IMG/VR virus record: IMGVR_UViG_3300027971_000028
Span: 1 to 64,000 of that record
Reading direction: 5' to 3' (one strand)
DNA length: 64,000 bases
Source of the DNA: a virus
Positions 53,265 through 63,277 of the stretch are shown here, in pieces. Positions within the stretch are counted from its first letter, which is position 1. Each line of letters begins with the position of its first letter. Below the pieces are notes generated by a model. The model was not told where the DNA came from, did no database searches, and was given only the letters and a program-made list of their open reading frames with translations. Both the position numbers and the translations under genes were made by a program.

Positions 53265-54312
53265 TAGAAGACGTAACAGTAAGAAAAATCTAGGAACTAA
53301 TCTATCTGACATACAAAGACGTCTGCGACGTATGGAGAGAAAGCCTATAAGAACTAGGCTTCAAAATAGAGTTATTAAAGGTGCTGCTATAGCCCCTAGC
53401 AGTATTACAGCAGATGAGGTTGGTTTTGGTACTAATATAGTAAGCACAGAAAATCCTGAAGATTTTGTTAATTTAAAAGATGGGCAAGAAATAACAAACC
53501 CAAACACTGGTGAGAAAAAAGTATATGATGAACTAAATGACGAATTTATAACTATAAAAGACCCCGCTGCTCAAGCGTCCGCAGATGGAAAAAATAAAAT
53601 CTATCGTCAAACTTCTCAACCTACGGGGGGTACCTACGTTCAAGGAGATACTTGGTTTGATACAGATGATGACAATAAAATTTATCGTTATGATGGGACT
53701 TCTTGGGTAGGGTTTACTTTAGGAGATGGCGCTTTAGCCAGTATTTCTGCTAATAAACTCACTGCTGGAACAATTGATGCACGTGTCATAACTGTTTCAT
53801 ATCTTGATGCAGGAAACATAACATCTGGAACAATAACTGGAAGAACTCTTCAAACTTCTGCATCTGGAAGAAAAGTTATTATAGATGGGTCCAATAACTA
53901 TATTAGACTTGATGATCAAACTGGTACGGCTACTGCATTTATAACTCCTTTAACCATAGAAAGTCTTGGAGATTACGGAATTTTTATGCATTCTGGATCT
54001 ACGGTAGACACTACTGGTGCTACTGCTGGAGCTGGAATATTTATTGCCGAGTATGCAACAAGAATATATGCTCAAGATAGAGCAAGTTTTATCAGAATGG
54101 ACAACGGTCAAATAGAAATCTCGGCGGACAATGCAACGTTTGCAACTATTATTTTAGATTCTACTGAAGTTTACATTAGTAAACTTAATGGACAGGCTAT
54201 AGCAGAAGACCCTACATCAGACATGAAAGTTAGAAATATAATGGCAACTAATACGGCAGGTACCCCGACTTATAGCGGGGGAGCCGGGGACATAATGTTG
54301 GTTTACACTTAA
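53257..54312 (+). CDS. Minor tail protein
   Basis: ADGKNKIYRQ..QP...GDTWFDTD..NK.YRYDG..W and ISANKLTAGTIDA tail-tip motifs. Confidence 0.75.
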   Translation: MSSRRRNSKKNLGTNLSDIQRRLRRMERKPIRTRLQNRVIKGAAIAPSSITADEVGFGTNIVSTENPEDFVNLKDGQEITNPNTGEKKVYDELNDEFITIKDPAAQASADGKNKIYRQTSQPTGGTYVQGDTWFDTDDDNKIYRYDGTSWVGFTLGDGALASISANKLTAGTIDARVITVSYLDAGNITSGTITGRTLQTSASGRKVIIDGSNNYIRLDDQTGTATAFITPLTIESLGDYGIFMHSGSTVDTTGATAGAGIFIAEYATRIYAQDRASFIRMDNGQIEISADNATFATIILDSTEVYISKLNGQAIAEDPTSDMKVRNIMATNTAGTPTYSGGAGDIMLVYT

Positions 54313-54316
54313 TCTC

Positions 54317-56755
54317 ATGCCTACTAATTACATAAAGACAAACTCTGGTTGGAATCCTATATCGCAAATTTGGATAAAACTTGCAGCGGGATGGAAAAGT
54401 ATTTCACAGGGGTGGGTTTATGTAGCTGGAAATTGGCGTCAATTCTTTCCAGGAGGTCTTGTTCCTGTCATTGCTGCTCAAGTAACAATAGCCAAGTCTG
54501 GTACTGGCACTATAACTTTAACTGGAACAAATAGACGTTGGACTAACTTTTCTACTGGTGTTTATTACTTTGATAGTTCTACCGATAACTCGAACTGGAC
54601 GCAGATGGATACGGGAGCAATTACAAACCCTGCAGTTGCTGGAACAAATACTAAGACTTATGTTTTAACTCAGTCGGACGTTACAGCCAATACAACTAAT
54701 TACTACAGATTTCGTGTAGAAGTAACTAGTTCTACTCCAGTAACTGCTACTTCTACCTCCACCAATGTCACAGTTGAAGGCACTCGGGACATAACTGATC
54801 TATCAGCAACTGCAAGTCTTTTATATGGAAGTGTTATAGATCTTTCATGGACTGCTTCCGTCTACGCTGGAAGCCAGAGAGTTCAATATAAACTTGCCTC
54901 AAGCGGTATTTGGAGTACTTTTTCTACAGTATCTGGCTCTGCAACATCAGTAAGCGTAACTGGGCTAACAGGCGGCGGAATTTCTTATAATTTTAGAATA
55001 CTTCCTTATACAGGAGCCTCTGCTACAGGCTATTACGGAAACTACTCCAATACAGCAACCGCCTCTACATACGCAGGATATCCGTATACTTTTAATTTTG
55101 GAAATACTTTATATATAGGAACAAATGGATACATATCTTTTGACTCTGGAAGAACTGTAACTTATCTTGGTTTTGTAGGTCGCGTACTTTCTATGCTTAC
55201 AGCAGATCTAGTACAAGACTTTTTAAGCGTTGCTGCCTCTGGATCTACGCAATATATTTTTTGGAGAGGTCATCGTTTTGGAAATTCAAATACATCTGAA
55301 ATTAGATTAGAAATACAAATACCAGATGCAGGTGGCTATGCTTTTATAGAGTATACCTTTACTACAGCAGTTAGTCCAAGAAACAGCTCTACTATAAGTA
55401 CTGATATTGGATATTATGTAGATGGAATCGGACCTTCTGGCGGGTATAGCAACATATCTTCTAGCATTTTAACCACGCAGCAAGTATTGATATATTTTGG
55501 CTTTGGCGCTTCTACAGGTCCAGGATCTGGAATTTTTTCTTCTCAAGGTATTAGTTGGGGAGGATGGATACAACTTGATACGGTATCAGGTGGTGATCTT
55601 GATGATGGATACTATGCTCTTACAACAGTTGCTGGCTCATCTCCATCAGCGCCTACATCTGTAAGCAACTCTAGTGTAACTGGAAGTTCTGCATCTGTAT
55701 CTTGGTCTGCTCCATCTAGCCTAGGCGGATCTAAAATATTAAGTTATGACTACTCAACGGATCAATCAAACTGGACAAATACAGGATTAACAACGTCTGC
55801 AACTGTTACTGGTCTTTCTGGTGGAACAAACTATACGGTTTACGTTAGGGCTAATAACTACTTTTTTACTGGAACCAGTTATGGAACTACTAATTTTACA
55901 ACTTCTTCTGTTTTAACACCGCCAACCATTTACCTAGTAACTGCTGGAGACTCCAGTGGGCAGCCAGTAACAGTTTATTTTTCTGGTGGCTCTGGACCTT
56001 ATTATCAAATATGGTGGACTCTCTCATTCGGTAGCACTTCATATGATGAGTATGGTAGTTCGAGCCCAATAACTGATTACACTGGACCTACTTCTGCCAG
56101 CAATGCTTGGTATGCTTACGTTAGATCTGTTTCAAGTCCAACTAACACTGGGCTAGGTCCGTCTTCAACAATAAGTGATTGGAGCCCTGGATACCAATTT
56201 ACTGTTACTCAAGCGCCAATTATTCCAACAATTACAATGAATGCAAACACTGGTATTAGTTCAAGTGGTGCAACAATTAACTGGTCATCAACTAATCAAT
56301 CATATTCTTATGTAAATAGTACATATCTTGGTTTTGCTAATAGTTATACTTTTTCTGGTCTATCTTCAAGCACATTCTACTCTGGAACTGTTACCGTATA
56401 TTCTTCTACTGGCAATACAGCATCTGCTAGTTATAGTTTTACAACATCTGCTCCAGTGGTAACAATACCAGCAACTCCGACTGGTCTTACCCTAAGTGGA
56501 AGCGGAGCCGTAAATTGGAATGCAGTTTCTGGTGCAACTTACTATGAAGTATTAAATTACACGGCGCGGAGTTCCTCTGGTGCAAGTCGCCTTGGACCTT
56601 ATAACACAATTGTGTACGGAACATCTCTTCAGCTTGGAGCCAGCCAAGGGTACTCGGGTTTAAATAACTATGCAAGAGTTCAGGTAAGGGCAGGAAACAG
56701 CGCTGGGGTTTCATTATATGGTCCATGGGAGCCAAGTGCTACAACATACACTTAG
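54317..56755 (+). CDS. Ser/Thr/Gly-rich tail fibre/receptor-binding protein with fibronectin type III repeats
   Basis: DLSWTAS...Y.V.Y...W...VTGL..G.SYNFRI; VSWSAPSS.GG..I..YDYS...VTGLSGGTNYTVYVRA.N. Confidence 0.75.
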   Translation: MPTNYIKTNSGWNPISQIWIKLAAGWKSISQGWVYVAGNWRQFFPGGLVPVIAAQVTIAKSGTGTITLTGTNRRWTNFSTGVYYFDSSTDNSNWTQMDTGAITNPAVAGTNTKTYVLTQSDVTANTTNYYRFRVEVTSSTPVTATSTSTNVTVEGTRDITDLSATASLLYGSVIDLSWTASVYAGSQRVQYKLASSGIWSTFSTVSGSATSVSVTGLTGGGISYNFRILPYTGASATGYYGNYSNTATASTYAGYPYTFNFGNTLYIGTNGYISFDSGRTVTYLGFVGRVLSMLTADLVQDFLSVAASGSTQYIFWRGHRFGNSNTSEIRLEIQIPDAGGYAFIEYTFTTAVSPRNSSTISTDIGYYVDGIGPSGGYSNISSSILTTQQVLIYFGFGASTGPGSGIFSSQGISWGGWIQLDTVSGGDLDDGYYALTTVAGSSPSAPTSVSNSSVTGSSASVSWSAPSSLGGSKILSYDYSTDQSNWTNTGLTTSATVTGLSGGTNYTVYVRANNYFFTGTSYGTTNFTTSSVLTPPTIYLVTAGDSSGQPVTVYFSGGSGPYYQIWWTLSFGSTSYDEYGSSSPITDYTGPTSASNAWYAYVRSVSSPTNTGLGPSSTISDWSPGYQFTVTQAPIIPTITMNANTGISSSGATINWSSTNQSYSYVNSTYLGFANSYTFSGLSSSTFYSGTVTVYSSTGNTASASYSFTTSAPVVTIPATPTGLTLSGSGAVNWNAVSGATYYEVLNYTARSSSGASRLGPYNTIVYGTSLQLGASQGYSGLNNYARVQVRAGNSAGVSLYGPWEPSATTYT

Positions 56756-56763
56756 GAGAATTG

Positions 56764-56979
56764 ATGCTAACCAATGAAGAAAAAATAAACATTATAATTG
56801 ATAAACTTAACAAACTGGATTTTGTAATAAAATCATTCATTGATCATGCCGAAGAATTTAAAGATAAATATTCCTTGGAAGATGAGTTAGCAGATTGCAA
56901 CGCTAAAAAGGCTGTTTTTATATCAATGCTAGAAGATTTAGGCTATTCAGGGCATGAAAGCCCTATACAGTCAGGTTAA
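56764..56979 (+). CDS. Small coiled-coil protein, paralog 1 (start revised from 56725)
   Basis: AGGAG SD; LTNEEKINII. Confidence 0.7.
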   Translation: MLTNEEKINIIIDKLNKLDFVIKSFIDHAEEFKDKYSLEDELADCNAKKAVFISMLEDLGYSGHESPIQSG

Positions 56980-57031
56980 GAACCCCTCTCTCCTGATACA
57001 ATAAGAACCTACACTACACAGAACTAAGGAA

Positions 57032-57259
57032 ATGGAAAAAATGACAATAGAACTAAGTAAAGAAGAAAAAGTAAGCATTATAAATCAACACATCAAAACT
57101 TTGAAGTACAACAAGTATGACTATCAAATATCTATAAAAGAAGAAGAAGCCGTAGCAACACCTTCTACTTCTAGAGTAGACTCACTTAATGAAAAAATAA
57201 CAGAGGTCGATGCAAAGGTTGCAGCACTAAGCGCTGAAATAGCAGCACTAAACGCGTAA
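57032..57259 (+). CDS. Small coiled-coil protein, paralog 2
   Basis: LSKEEKVSII...IKEEEAV..PS. Confidence 0.75.
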   Translation: MEKMTIELSKEEKVSIINQHIKTLKYNKYDYQISIKEEEAVATPSTSRVDSLNEKITEVDAKVAALSAEIAALNA

Positions 57260-57268
57260 GGATCTTCA

Positions 57269-57493
57269 GTGGTCACTAAAGAGGTAACAAAGCAAGAAAA
57301 ACTTGACTTAGTTGCTTCTCGTATACGTAATCATAAAATTAATAAATTTAACTCTGAACTTTTTATTATAGAAGAAGAGGCTAGTTTATCCCCAACTGAG
57401 TCCGATATAGCCTCTGCAAGAGCCTCTATACTTTCATCAGAGTCTCAGATAGCGGCTTTAGAAGAAACATACTCTGTCATCCAAGCAGAGTAA
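57269..57493 (+). CDS. Small coiled-coil protein, paralog 3
   Basis: VTKQEKLDLV...IIEEEAS..PT. Confidence 0.7.
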   Translation: MVTKEVTKQEKLDLVASRIRNHKINKFNSELFIIEEEASLSPTESDIASARASILSSESQIAALEETYSVIQAE

Positions 57494-57518
57494 AAACATA
57501 AGAGAAAGACAAAAAGAC

Positions 57519-57683
57519 ATGAGTGAATTTAAGACAAAGCAAGAGTTAATGATTATTGCCCTTCAACAACGTATCGGTGAACTTACTGCAAATTATGAAG
57601 GACAAATTGCTTCCCTTCGCGCTGATCTAACTCAACTTATGGAGATAGCAAAGATTTCTGAAACCGAAACTAAAGAGACATAA
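57519..57683 (+). CDS. 54-aa coiled-coil protein
   Basis: ALQQRIGELTANYEGQIASLRADLTQL; TAATG coupling downstream. Confidence 0.7.
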   Translation: MSEFKTKQELMIIALQQRIGELTANYEGQIASLRADLTQLMEIAKISETETKET

Positions 57684-58153
57684 TGTTTGAGGTAAAAGAT
57701 AGTTCTAGAACTTTACAGTTTAATGGAACACTACTAAGTAAATCTTCTTCATGGCGTAAGGGATCTGTTCGCTGGATTGAGTTTGCTCTTTATAAAACTG
57801 AAAACGGTTCTTATGTACTTTCTCGTATTGGAGTTTCTTTAATTTACCACGGCGCAACCTGTGAAAAGGTAGATCGATATAATTTAGTTGACGAGTTCAC
57901 CGAAAACCTTGAAGATGACGCCATTCCTTGTGAAGAGTGCTCCCCTAATAGATCTTTACCTATTATTTTTCCAGAAAAGTATCGCTACTGGGCTCAGGTG
58001 AGTGATAACCCTCAGCCAGTATTAGACGCACTTTACAAATATAACGAGAATGGGGCAAGATACCTCACCTACGTTGCTCAGAAACTTCTAGACATTGCCG
58101 CTAAGAATGACGAGAATATAGATCTTATCTATAGAGTAGAGACAATTCCATAA
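57683..58153 (+). CDS. Conserved actinophage hypothetical protein with His/Cys motif
   Basis: RW.EFALYKT..G.YVLSR.G.S..YH...C...C.EC.P. Confidence 0.7.
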   Translation: MFEVKDSSRTLQFNGTLLSKSSSWRKGSVRWIEFALYKTENGSYVLSRIGVSLIYHGATCEKVDRYNLVDEFTENLEDDAIPCEECSPNRSLPIIFPEKYRYWAQVSDNPQPVLDALYKYNENGARYLTYVAQKLLDIAAKNDENIDLIYRVETIP

Positions 58154-58190
58154 AAAAGAACTAAACTAAATCAAAACGACAGAAGGATAA

Positions 58191-60011
58191 ATGACAAACG
58201 GATTAGATGGAATTCAAGTAAGCCTTGTTGACTCTGTAGAAAAGGCAAACGAATTTATTTCTTGGTTAGGCCAGCGCCGTCCTCATGATGCAATTGCAAT
58301 CGACACTGAGACGGGGGAAAAACTAGGTTCACCTAGAGATCATGCTTTATCTCCTTGGCATGGTGATCTTCGTTTGGTTCAAGTTGGTGATGGTATGCAC
58401 GGCTGGTCTATTCCTTGGGCAGAATGGTCTGGAGTTTTTTATGAAGCAATGAATAAATTTGATGGACCTATTGTGTGCCACAATATTGCATTTGAAGCAA
58501 GATGGTTTGCGATTAAATCTAATTGGGAAATACCTTGGCATCGTGCACATGACACAATGATTATGGCTCACCTTATTGATCCGTTAGGTCCTGGTGGATT
58601 AAAGCCTTTATCAGCAAGACTTGTAGATGGTCATGCTGCCCACCTTCAAGATAAGTTAGATGTTGACCTAGCAAAAAATGGTTGGACTTGGGGAACTGTT
58701 CCAACAAACTTTGAGCCTTATTGGTCCTATGGCGCACTAGATACTATTTTAACAATGCGTCTTTGGGAAAAGTTTTATGAGAAGTGCGGTCCTGGTCAGC
58801 CTTATCACAAAGCCTATGAGATCGAGATGGCTGCTAGAAAAATAGTTACTCGTATGGAAATAAACGGAGCAAGAGTTGATCTAGAGTATTCAAAACGCAA
58901 GTATGAAGAACTTATTGATTACACGGAGTCAGTAAAAGACTGGGCTGCTAAAACCTATGCTGGAACTAGTATCACTAGCAATATTCAACTAGTTAGATTA
59001 TTTGAAAAACTTGGCGCAGAGATAACTGAAACTACCCCTTCTGGTCAAAAATCTGCAAGTAAGGATCAACTTCACCTACTAACTATTCAAGGAAATGATG
59101 AGGTTAAAAATCTTGCTGAGACAATTTTAAAACAGCGTAAAGCAGATAAACTGGCAAATACCTATTTCCTCAACTTCTTAAACAAGTCCATTGATGGCAT
59201 TGTCCACCCTTCTGTAAAGACTTTAGGTGCTCGTACCTCTCGTATGTCTATCACCGACCCAGCGCTACAAACCCTGCCAAAGGGAGATGACACTGTTCGC
59301 AGAGCATTTATCCCTAAAGATAAAGATCACGTAATTATTACCTCTGACCTAGATCAGGTTGAGTTTCGTATGTTTGCTTCTTTATCTAAAGATCCTAATT
59401 TAATTAATCTTTTTAATCGCGCTGATGCAACTGGTTCAGATCCCTTTACTGAAATTGGTCGTGAGGTTTATCAAGAACCAGATATGACTCGTGCAGATAA
59501 AAGACGTAACCTAATTAAGGGAATGGTTTATGGTCGTCTCTACGGTGCTGGAGTTGCTAAACAAGCACTTACTGCTGGAGTTCTAGAGTCTCAGATGAAA
59601 TCTGTATCAGATGCTTTTGATAAGCGTTACCCAGGGATGATTAAGTTTCAAAGAGATATTGAAAATCTTGGTGCTCGTAGAGAAAGAGATGAGGGTCAAG
59701 GTTACATTTACACTTGGACTGGTCGTAAGATTCCTTGCGATGAAGGACGTGTTTACACGTTAATTAACTACTTAATCCAAGGCGGGGCTGCCGAAATATT
59801 TAAAAGTAATCTAATAAAACTTGATCAAGCAGATTTGACCGAGTACCTTATCGTCCCTGTACATGATGAAATTGTTTTACAAGCACCAAGGGATGAAGCA
59901 GAAGAAGTAAAGAAAGTAGTTCAAGAATGTATGACAACCACTGAAGGTTGGGATGTTCCACTAACTGCTGGAATAGATGGTCCATTAGAGAACTGGGGAC
60001 AAAAGTACTGA
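58191..60011 (+). CDS. polA: Family A DNA polymerase with 3'-5' exonuclease domain
   Basis: Exo I DTETG, HNIAFE, DTMIMAHL; motif A DLDQVEFR; motif B R..IK...YG..YG; motif C VHDEIV. Confidence 0.95.
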   Translation: MTNGLDGIQVSLVDSVEKANEFISWLGQRRPHDAIAIDTETGEKLGSPRDHALSPWHGDLRLVQVGDGMHGWSIPWAEWSGVFYEAMNKFDGPIVCHNIAFEARWFAIKSNWEIPWHRAHDTMIMAHLIDPLGPGGLKPLSARLVDGHAAHLQDKLDVDLAKNGWTWGTVPTNFEPYWSYGALDTILTMRLWEKFYEKCGPGQPYHKAYEIEMAARKIVTRMEINGARVDLEYSKRKYEELIDYTESVKDWAAKTYAGTSITSNIQLVRLFEKLGAEITETTPSGQKSASKDQLHLLTIQGNDEVKNLAETILKQRKADKLANTYFLNFLNKSIDGIVHPSVKTLGARTSRMSITDPALQTLPKGDDTVRRAFIPKDKDHVIITSDLDQVEFRMFASLSKDPNLINLFNRADATGSDPFTEIGREVYQEPDMTRADKRRNLIKGMVYGRLYGAGVAKQALTAGVLESQMKSVSDAFDKRYPGMIKFQRDIENLGARRERDEGQGYIYTWTGRKIPCDEGRVYTLINYLIQGGAAEIFKSNLIKLDQADLTEYLIVPVHDEIVLQAPRDEAEEVKKVVQECMTTTEGWDVPLTAGIDGPLENWGQKY

Positions 60012-60490
60012 TGAAATATATAGTTTCTGTAGATCCTGGTAAAGCAACGGGAGTTTGTTTAGTTGAGTGGTCTGGCTTGCCAGAAGAGGCTCCAGTAGTA
60101 AAGATGTCAGCAGAGGTTGACCCAGAAACATTTGCTTCTTGGATAGACACGGCTATGTCTATTGCTTTTTCCTCAGCCGAGTCCTACGATAATGTTTTAG
60201 TGGTTTGTGAGCGATTTGTTATTACTGCTCAGACAGTGAGAAACTCACAAGCGCCATTTAGCCTTGAACAGATAGGGGTTTTAAAGCATATGTGTCGAAC
60301 TAAGGAATATGACCCTGAAAAAATCATTTTTCAATCCCCTGTAGATGCCAAAACTATGTTTCCTAACGATGCTTTAAAGAAGTTAGGCACTTGGCATAAA
60401 GGCGGAGAAGGTCATGCAAATGACGCCATACGACACGCCCTTTTAAAGTTGGTTAAGATCGGTTGGAAGCCATTAGTTCTGTTAAAATAG
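60011..60490 (+). CDS. RuvC-like Holliday junction resolvase (start revised from 59948)
   Basis: SVDPGKATG, VCERF, HANDAIRHA; TGATG coupling to polA. Confidence 0.8.
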   Translation: MKYIVSVDPGKATGVCLVEWSGLPEEAPVVKMSAEVDPETFASWIDTAMSIAFSSAESYDNVLVVCERFVITAQTVRNSQAPFSLEQIGVLKHMCRTKEYDPEKIIFQSPVDAKTMFPNDALKKLGTWHKGGEGHANDAIRHALLKLVKIGWKPLVLLK

Positions 60491-60551
60491 GTATGGACAG
60501 AAAAAAATAATCTAAAAACTATTTCAGTCTATATATAGGTAGGGGGTAAAA

Positions 60552-62351
60552 GTGGCAGTATCTGTAGATATAGATGCCCAAGGCGAACATATCCTTATAA
60601 GTGCTGACTGGCGCTACAAAGAACTCTGTAAAAGCCTCCCAGGAGCCTCCTGGAGCGCTTCTGAGCAGGTTTGGAGAGTCCCCCTAAGTTGGACAACCTG
60701 TTTAGCCTTACGCTCCACTTTCCGCAGTGATTTAGAGATAAAGCCTACTTTAGGCGCTTGGGCAGCCAATCAATTAGAGACAAGAATTACCCCAGCCAAC
60801 AATTTAAGAGAGTTAGAGACCTATGAAGGCGATGATGTGCTATTCCCTCATCAAAGAGCGGGAGTTGCCTTTTTAGCAACCGCTAAAAGAGCCCTTCTAG
60901 CCGATGAACCTGGCTTAGGTAAGACTGCTCAGGCTATTAGAGCCCTAAAAGAGTTAAACGATAGAGGAGAAGAGGTTTTCCCTATCCTTATTGTCTGCCC
61001 TAACACTTTAAAGAATAACTGGGCAAGAGAGTTTGCTAGATGGTGGCCAGATGTAACTACACAAGTTATTAAAGGATCTGCTGTTCAACGCAAAAAACAA
61101 TTCGAACAACCAGCACAAGTATTTATTATTAACTGGGAGTCACTGCGTTCTCACTCAAGACTTTCTCCTTATGGATCTATCTCTTTAACAAGATGCCGTG
61201 CTTGTGGTGGTCAAGATGAAAAAATTAGCGAGAACCGTTGTGAAGTTCATTTAAGAGAGTTAAACAACTTTAAATTTAAAGCAGTGGTTGCAGATGAAAT
61301 TCACAGAAGTAAAGATCCTAAGTCAAAACAATCTCGTGCTCTTTGGTCTGCCTCTGGTAATGCTGAAATTCGCTTTGCACTAACTGGAACACCTATTGCT
61401 AACAATGTTGTAGATCTTTGGTCAATACTTCACTGGATCTCTCCTAAGGACTGGCCTAGCAAGACAAAGTGGATTGATCGAATGGTTGATGTAATGCTTA
61501 ACGCTTTTGGTGGAATGATGGTTCTAGGAGTTAAGCCTCAGATGCAGGATGAGTTTTATAAGAGCGTAAATCCATACATGAGACGCATGCTTAAAAAGGT
61601 TGTACTACCAAACCTTCCTCCAGTTCTAAAAGAGCGTAGAGATGTAGAGATGTCTACTAAGCAGAAAAAAGCCTACGAGCAGATGAGAGACTTAATGATC
61701 TCTGAACTTGAGTCTGGCGATACTCTCGCAGCACCTAGCGTTCTAACTCAAACAATTAGACTTCTTCAATTTGCTAGTTCTTATGCAACTATTGCCACCA
61801 ATGAAGTTACTGGTGAGCCTAGAGCAGTATTAGATGCTCCTTCATGCAAAATTGATGCTCTGATGGATGATATTGAAAACGGAGACTTTGGAGATGACTC
61901 TGTAGCGGTAAGCGCCGTCTCTAAACAACTTATTAATCTGCTGAGCGCTGAGTTAACAAAGAAAAAGATTTCTCACGGATTAATTACAGGAGATCAAGAT
62001 GAGGATGAACGTCAGAAGGCTATTGACGATTTTCAGTCTGGAGCAATAAAATGGATTCTGTTTACAGCCCAAGCGGGAGGAGTTGGAATCACACTAACCG
62101 CTGCTCGTCGTCTGATAATGCTTCAAAGACCTTGGTCTTTAGTTGATTACAAGCAAGTATTAGATCGCGTACACAGAATCGGAAGCGAAATACATGACTC
62201 TATAGTAATTACCGACTATGTTACGGAAGGAACTATAGAAGAGAGGGTTATCCAAGTTTTAGAAACTAAAGCCGATAACTTTGAACAAATTGTTAAAGAT
62301 AAAGATCAACTTCTAAAACTACTACAAGATGATAAGACAGGAAACCTATGA
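60552..62351 (+). CDS. SNF2-family helicase
   Basis: LLADEPGLGKT, DEIH, LTGTPI.N, AGGVGITLTAA, Q..DRVHRIG. Confidence 0.92.
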   Translation: MAVSVDIDAQGEHILISADWRYKELCKSLPGASWSASEQVWRVPLSWTTCLALRSTFRSDLEIKPTLGAWAANQLETRITPANNLRELETYEGDDVLFPHQRAGVAFLATAKRALLADEPGLGKTAQAIRALKELNDRGEEVFPILIVCPNTLKNNWAREFARWWPDVTTQVIKGSAVQRKKQFEQPAQVFIINWESLRSHSRLSPYGSISLTRCRACGGQDEKISENRCEVHLRELNNFKFKAVVADEIHRSKDPKSKQSRALWSASGNAEIRFALTGTPIANNVVDLWSILHWISPKDWPSKTKWIDRMVDVMLNAFGGMMVLGVKPQMQDEFYKSVNPYMRRMLKKVVLPNLPPVLKERRDVEMSTKQKKAYEQMRDLMISELESGDTLAAPSVLTQTIRLLQFASSYATIATNEVTGEPRAVLDAPSCKIDALMDDIENGDFGDDSVAVSAVSKQLINLLSAELTKKKISHGLITGDQDEDERQKAIDDFQSGAIKWILFTAQAGGVGITLTAARRLIMLQRPWSLVDYKQVLDRVHRIGSEIHDSIVITDYVTEGTIEERVIQVLETKADNFEQIVKDKDQLLKLLQDDKTGNL

Positions 62352-63274
62352 GTGGAGTCATAAGACTATCTAACTCGGAAATACAGACATTTAAAGATTG
62401 TCGCCGTCGTTGGTGGCTAACTTACTATCGTGCATTAAAACCTAAGCATCAAGATATGACTGGTCCACTTGCTATGGGAAGCAGAATCCATGCCGCTCTA
62501 GATGCTCACTACGCAAAAGGTGTTCCTTTGCTAACTGCGCACTCTGAATTAATTGAACAAGATAAACAACTTTTACTACAAGATTTTAGAGATGTATCTA
62601 ACCTTGAAACAGAAGGTGAGTTAGGTCGCATCATGCTTGAAGGCTATGAGCAATGGGTAGAAGAAAATGGTATTGATGCAGAACTTGAGATGATTTCAAC
62701 GGAGGAAACAATTATTGCTCCACTGTTTAATGGCGAAGTAGAACTTCAAGGAAAACTTGATATGCGTGTTCGTCGCAAAGCCGACGGCGTAAGAATGTTC
62801 CGTGACTTTAAAACTGTAGGAGGCTCTTTATCTGAGTTTGCAAATATGGCTCATATGAATGAGCAGGTTATGACATATATGCTTTTAGAGTCTACTAAAA
62901 CAGATGAGAAGGAAAGAAGTGAGGGTGGAATATTTACACTTCTTAAAAAAGTTCGTAGAACTGCGGCTGCTAAACCTCCGTTCTATGATCAAGTAGAAAT
63001 TCGCCATAACATATTTACTTTACGCTCTTTCTGGAATAGAATTCACGGAACGATTACAGATTTAATGAGAGTAAGACAGGCGTTAGATGCTGGTGAAAGC
63101 CATGCATTTAATGCTTATCCAAAACCAAGTCGTGACTGTAAATGGAAATGCCAATTTTTTGCTATCTGCCCAATGTTTGACGACGGAAGCGCCGCTGAAC
63201 AAGCACTTAGTGAAATGTATGAGGAGACTGATCCTTATGCATATTATGAAACAGAGAAAAAAGGAGGCGAGTGA
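62348..63274 (+). CDS. PD-(D/E)XK (RecB/Cas4-like) exonuclease
   Basis: SNSEIQTFKDC, GS.IH, GKLD...RDFKT, Q...Y, C.W.C.F..IC. Confidence 0.85.
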   Translation: MSGVIRLSNSEIQTFKDCRRRWWLTYYRALKPKHQDMTGPLAMGSRIHAALDAHYAKGVPLLTAHSELIEQDKQLLLQDFRDVSNLETEGELGRIMLEGYEQWVEENGIDAELEMISTEETIIAPLFNGEVELQGKLDMRVRRKADGVRMFRDFKTVGGSLSEFANMAHMNEQVMTYMLLESTKTDEKERSEGGIFTLLKKVRRTAAAKPPFYDQVEIRHNIFTLRSFWNRIHGTITDLMRVRQALDAGESHAFNAYPKPSRDCKWKCQFFAICPMFDDGSAAEQALSEMYEETDPYAYYETEKKGGE

Positions 63275-63277
63275 CGT

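Noticed and set aside
62348-63274. Cas4 as evidence of a CRISPR system
   Set aside because: Sits in a PolA-RuvC-SNF2-AAA replication/recombination module typical of phages; no array or other cas genes
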